Position numbers and translations under genes: made by a program. Positions 61,021 to 64,000 of a stretch of 64,000 nt of DNA are shown one piece after another (position 1 is the stretch's first letter; every line of letters begins with the position of its first letter). Origin of the DNA: Ranitomeya imitator (lineage: Eukaryota); the NCBI RefSeq assembly GCF_032444005.1, contig NC_091290.1:119908001-119972000 (forward strand), in the 5' to 3' direction. The notes under the pieces were generated by a model. It did not search any database. It saw nothing but the letters and a program-made list of their open reading frames with translations, and was not told the DNA's origin.

Positions 61021-61449
61021 TGTGAGTGAGTGACTGTTGCGCGGCCATGTTGGATTTGGTTATTTACAGTGTTCTGACCTCTGGAGATCAGTGAGGAATT
61101 CGGAGCTGCTGCATACAGAAGCACATACAGAATGAAGCAGGAGGCTGCTCACAAAACATGGTGCAACTAAAACACTAATAATGTTAATAAAAGGGGTATT
61201 CTAACCTAAAACAGTCACCCAGCATTGGGGCTTCGGGTCTGTTATTGTCTGCAGGGCTGACATCACGTCAACAACGCTGCAGTCAATCACTGGGCTCAGC
61301 GGTTCTGTCCTGAGTTGACAGTACAAGTGGCAAAGCTCACCGACTGGCTGCAGTGCTGATGGCTCCTCAACAGCGCTGCAGCCAATCAGACATTGAGAAC
61401 AGCAGCAGCGACTCAGCGCTGGATCCAGGACCCATCACCCATTGTAGAT

Positions 61450-62200
61450 ACCAAACAATAATGTCCCCATCCTGAGCCTCTTCATCGTATAATATGCCCC
61501 TTCCAATAATAATGCCCCCATTCTCAGGGCCTTTTACAGTAATACCCACCATGTTGTGCCGCTTCCAATAATGTCCCCCATTCTGGGCCCTATCTGGTAA
61601 TAATGTTCTCCAGTCCTGGGCCCCTTCCAGTAATAATATCCCCCATTCTGGGCCCTTTCTGGTAGTGTCCCCCATTATGTGCCCCTTCCAATAATAGCGT
61701 CCCCCATTCTGGGCCCTTTCCGGTAATGTTCAAACTTCTGGCCCCCTTGGTGGTATAATGTCCCCCAACCTAGGCCCCTTCCAGTAATAATGTCCCCCAT
61801 TCTGTGCCCCTTCCAATAATAATGTTCCACATCCTGTACCTCTTCTGGTAATAATTTCCCTAATCCTGGCTCACTTCCTGTAATAATGTCTCCATCCTAA
61901 CCCCCTTACTGCTATATCCCCATCCTGATATAATGTCCCCCAACGTGGGCCCCTTCCAGTAATAATGTCCCCCATTCTGTGCCCCTTCCAATAATAATGT
62001 TCCACATCCTGTGCCTCTTCGGGTAGTAATTTCCCTCATCCTGGCTCACTTCCTGTAATAATGTCTCCATCCTAACCCCCTTACTGCTGTATCCCCATCC
62101 TGATATAATGTCCGCCTACCTGGGCTCCTTTCATTAATTAGTAATAACGGGCCCTTCCTGGCGTAATGTCCCCATCCTGTAATAATACTCCCATTCTGCC
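61450..62200 (+). repeat. Degenerate ~40-bp tandem repeats upstream of HERPUD1
   Basis: Recurring GCCCCTTCCARTAATAATGTCCCCCATTCTG. Confidence 0.8.
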
Positions 62201-63219
62201 ACATGTAAGAAAATCCCAATTCTCCTCGCCTTCCCCTGCCCCCATGGCGCACAGCTTCCTCTTCTATAGCCGACATATTGGCCAGCAGCTGATCTCGGCA
62301 TGGCTGCTGTGGGCGATTCCTGACGTCACCGTCATCAGGTGGCCTGTGATGTGCTGCTGTCATTTATTGAGGTGCAGGGACCCGGGAACCTCCAAATTGT
62401 TCGCTTACAGGCTATAGGTGAAGACTATTTTGCACGTTTTGTTAATTAGACTGAGACACCCATTGAGATCTGGTTCCAGCAGGTGCTGATGACAGTTATG
62501 TAAAGTATTGCAGCGCGGTCTCCGGGGAGTCCTCCTAGAGCTCGCCTGGTGTAACAGGCAGCAGACCAAGTGCAAGAATAGCACAGAGCGCCGGAAAAAG
62601 ACATTGCTGATAACAGAGAACAATAGCCCGCACTCACCCTCCTCATCGCAGTTCTGCATCGAGGCATTGCGGGGAATGGGTTCACTTTTCACAAATTACT
62701 GGAGGGAGAAGCTACACTGACTCTTTATACACAACGCATTTTCATTAAGAGGCATACGTTTGGGTCATTAACGAATCAGGGCCCCCACCAATTGCATTTA
62801 ATTTTATTTTTTTTAAGTCAAATTTTTTTTTTTGAGTTTTGTTTTTTTGTTGACGTTTTTTGTGCCAAATACGTAAAAATGTCCCACGCGATTCATGAAT
62901 TTTGTGCAAATCCCATAATTGGCTTTTTCTGCCTTAAAACATTTTTGCAACTTTTAAGGTCAAAAAGTCACAGAGTTTGCAGAATTTAAAAAAAAAGAAA
63001 AGAAAATGAGCCATTTTGCTCTTAAGCAGGTAAAATGTCAGTGCTGTGTACTTTAGATGTGACTGCAGATGTTCTGGCTGCATGACCTCTAGTTTCAGAA
63101 CTGGCAATTTTTAGATGTGGTATTTTGTCACGGCCGGCTGTTACCAAGTGTGAAACTTGTGCTTTAAGTTTTGTCTTAAGCCTGTGAAATGCTGCGCGGC
63201 GGGGCCAACGTCTGGTGAT

Positions 63220-64000
63220 GACTCGGCCATTGGGGAATATTCCACTTGGGTCAATGTTCTGTCCTGTGATGCTCAGTCCAATCAACCTTGTTGCATTTGG
63301 TTGAATCTGAGCAAAGTATCGTCCTGTATGCTTCAGAATTCATCCGGCTGCTTCTGTTTTCAGTCACATCATCAATAATCACTAGTGACTCGGTGCCATT
63401 GGAAGCCATGCATGTCCGCACCATCATATGGCCTCCACTATGCTTCACAGGGGATGTGCTGTTCTTTGGATCGTGAGCCATTCCAAGCCTTCTCTGTACT
63501 ATTTTCTAAACATCATTCTGGCACAGGTTGATCATCGTTTCATCTGTCCATAGAATGGTTTTCCAGAACTGGACGGCTTTTGTTTTTGGCAAACTCTAAT
63601 CTGGCACTAATTTTAAGGCTGATTAAAGGTTTGTACCTTGTAGTGACCCCTCTGTATTTGCGCTCATGAAGTCTCTTTATGTTAGACTTAGATAGTGAAA
63701 CACCTACTTCCTGGAGAGTGTCCTTTACTTGGGGGGGATGTTGTGGAGGGATGTTCTTCACCAGGGAAAGGATTCTGTGATCATCCACCACTGTTGTATT
63801 CCATGGAGGTCCAGGCCTTTTTAAGTTCTTCTTTCTTTTTGCAGTACGTACCAAACTGATGAGTTGCCCACTCCTAATATTTCTGCTATTTCTGTGATGG
63901 ATTGCTCCTTTTTTTCTAGCCTAATGATGATTTGTTTCTCTTCCATTGAGAGCTCTTTTGACAGCATGTTGTGGGTTCACAGCAACAGCTTCCAAATGCA
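63220..64000 (-). mobile_element. Tc1 transposase fossil, continues past the window end
   Basis: ORF fragments VKHSGGHMMV..CMASNGT, RKYRGVTTRYKPLISLK..RLEFAK and a decayed W(T)DET motif. Confidence 0.82.

Overview
Vertebrate genomic DNA, most likely a frog (inferred from the protein sequences and the abundant TTAA-type MITEs, Tc1 fossils, V-SINE and Penelope fragments). All exon coordinates were traced by hand from splice signals and reading frame. Five protein-coding genes are present: RSPRY1 (- strand, first 9 coding exons, continues past the window start), PSME3IP1/FAM192A (+, complete, head-to-head with RSPRY1 and containing a U12-type AT-AC intron), a single-coding-exon CHST5/6-like GlcNAc-6-O-sulfotransferase (-), a complete 16-exon CETP (-) and a complete 8-exon HERPUD1 (-). 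The order matches human 16q13 as I recall it, except that NLRC5 and CPNE2 are absent between CETP and PSME3IP1 and the CHST gene sits there instead. The main non-coding signals are: (i) four structurally complete minimal type-I hammerhead ribozyme motifs from at least three Penelope/retrozyme-like families, including a TSD-bounded 633-bp insertion with interleaved inverted repeats in HERPUD1 intron 7; (ii) a 5.4-kb G-rich satellite with a 1037-bp higher-order repeat, enclosed by ~100-bp terminal inverted repeats just upstream of CETP; (iii) a three-layer nested insertion in CETP intron 13; (iv) a stop-start uORF and an alternative myristoylation-type start in RSPRY1. No database searches or folding programs were run; homolog comparisons are from memory.
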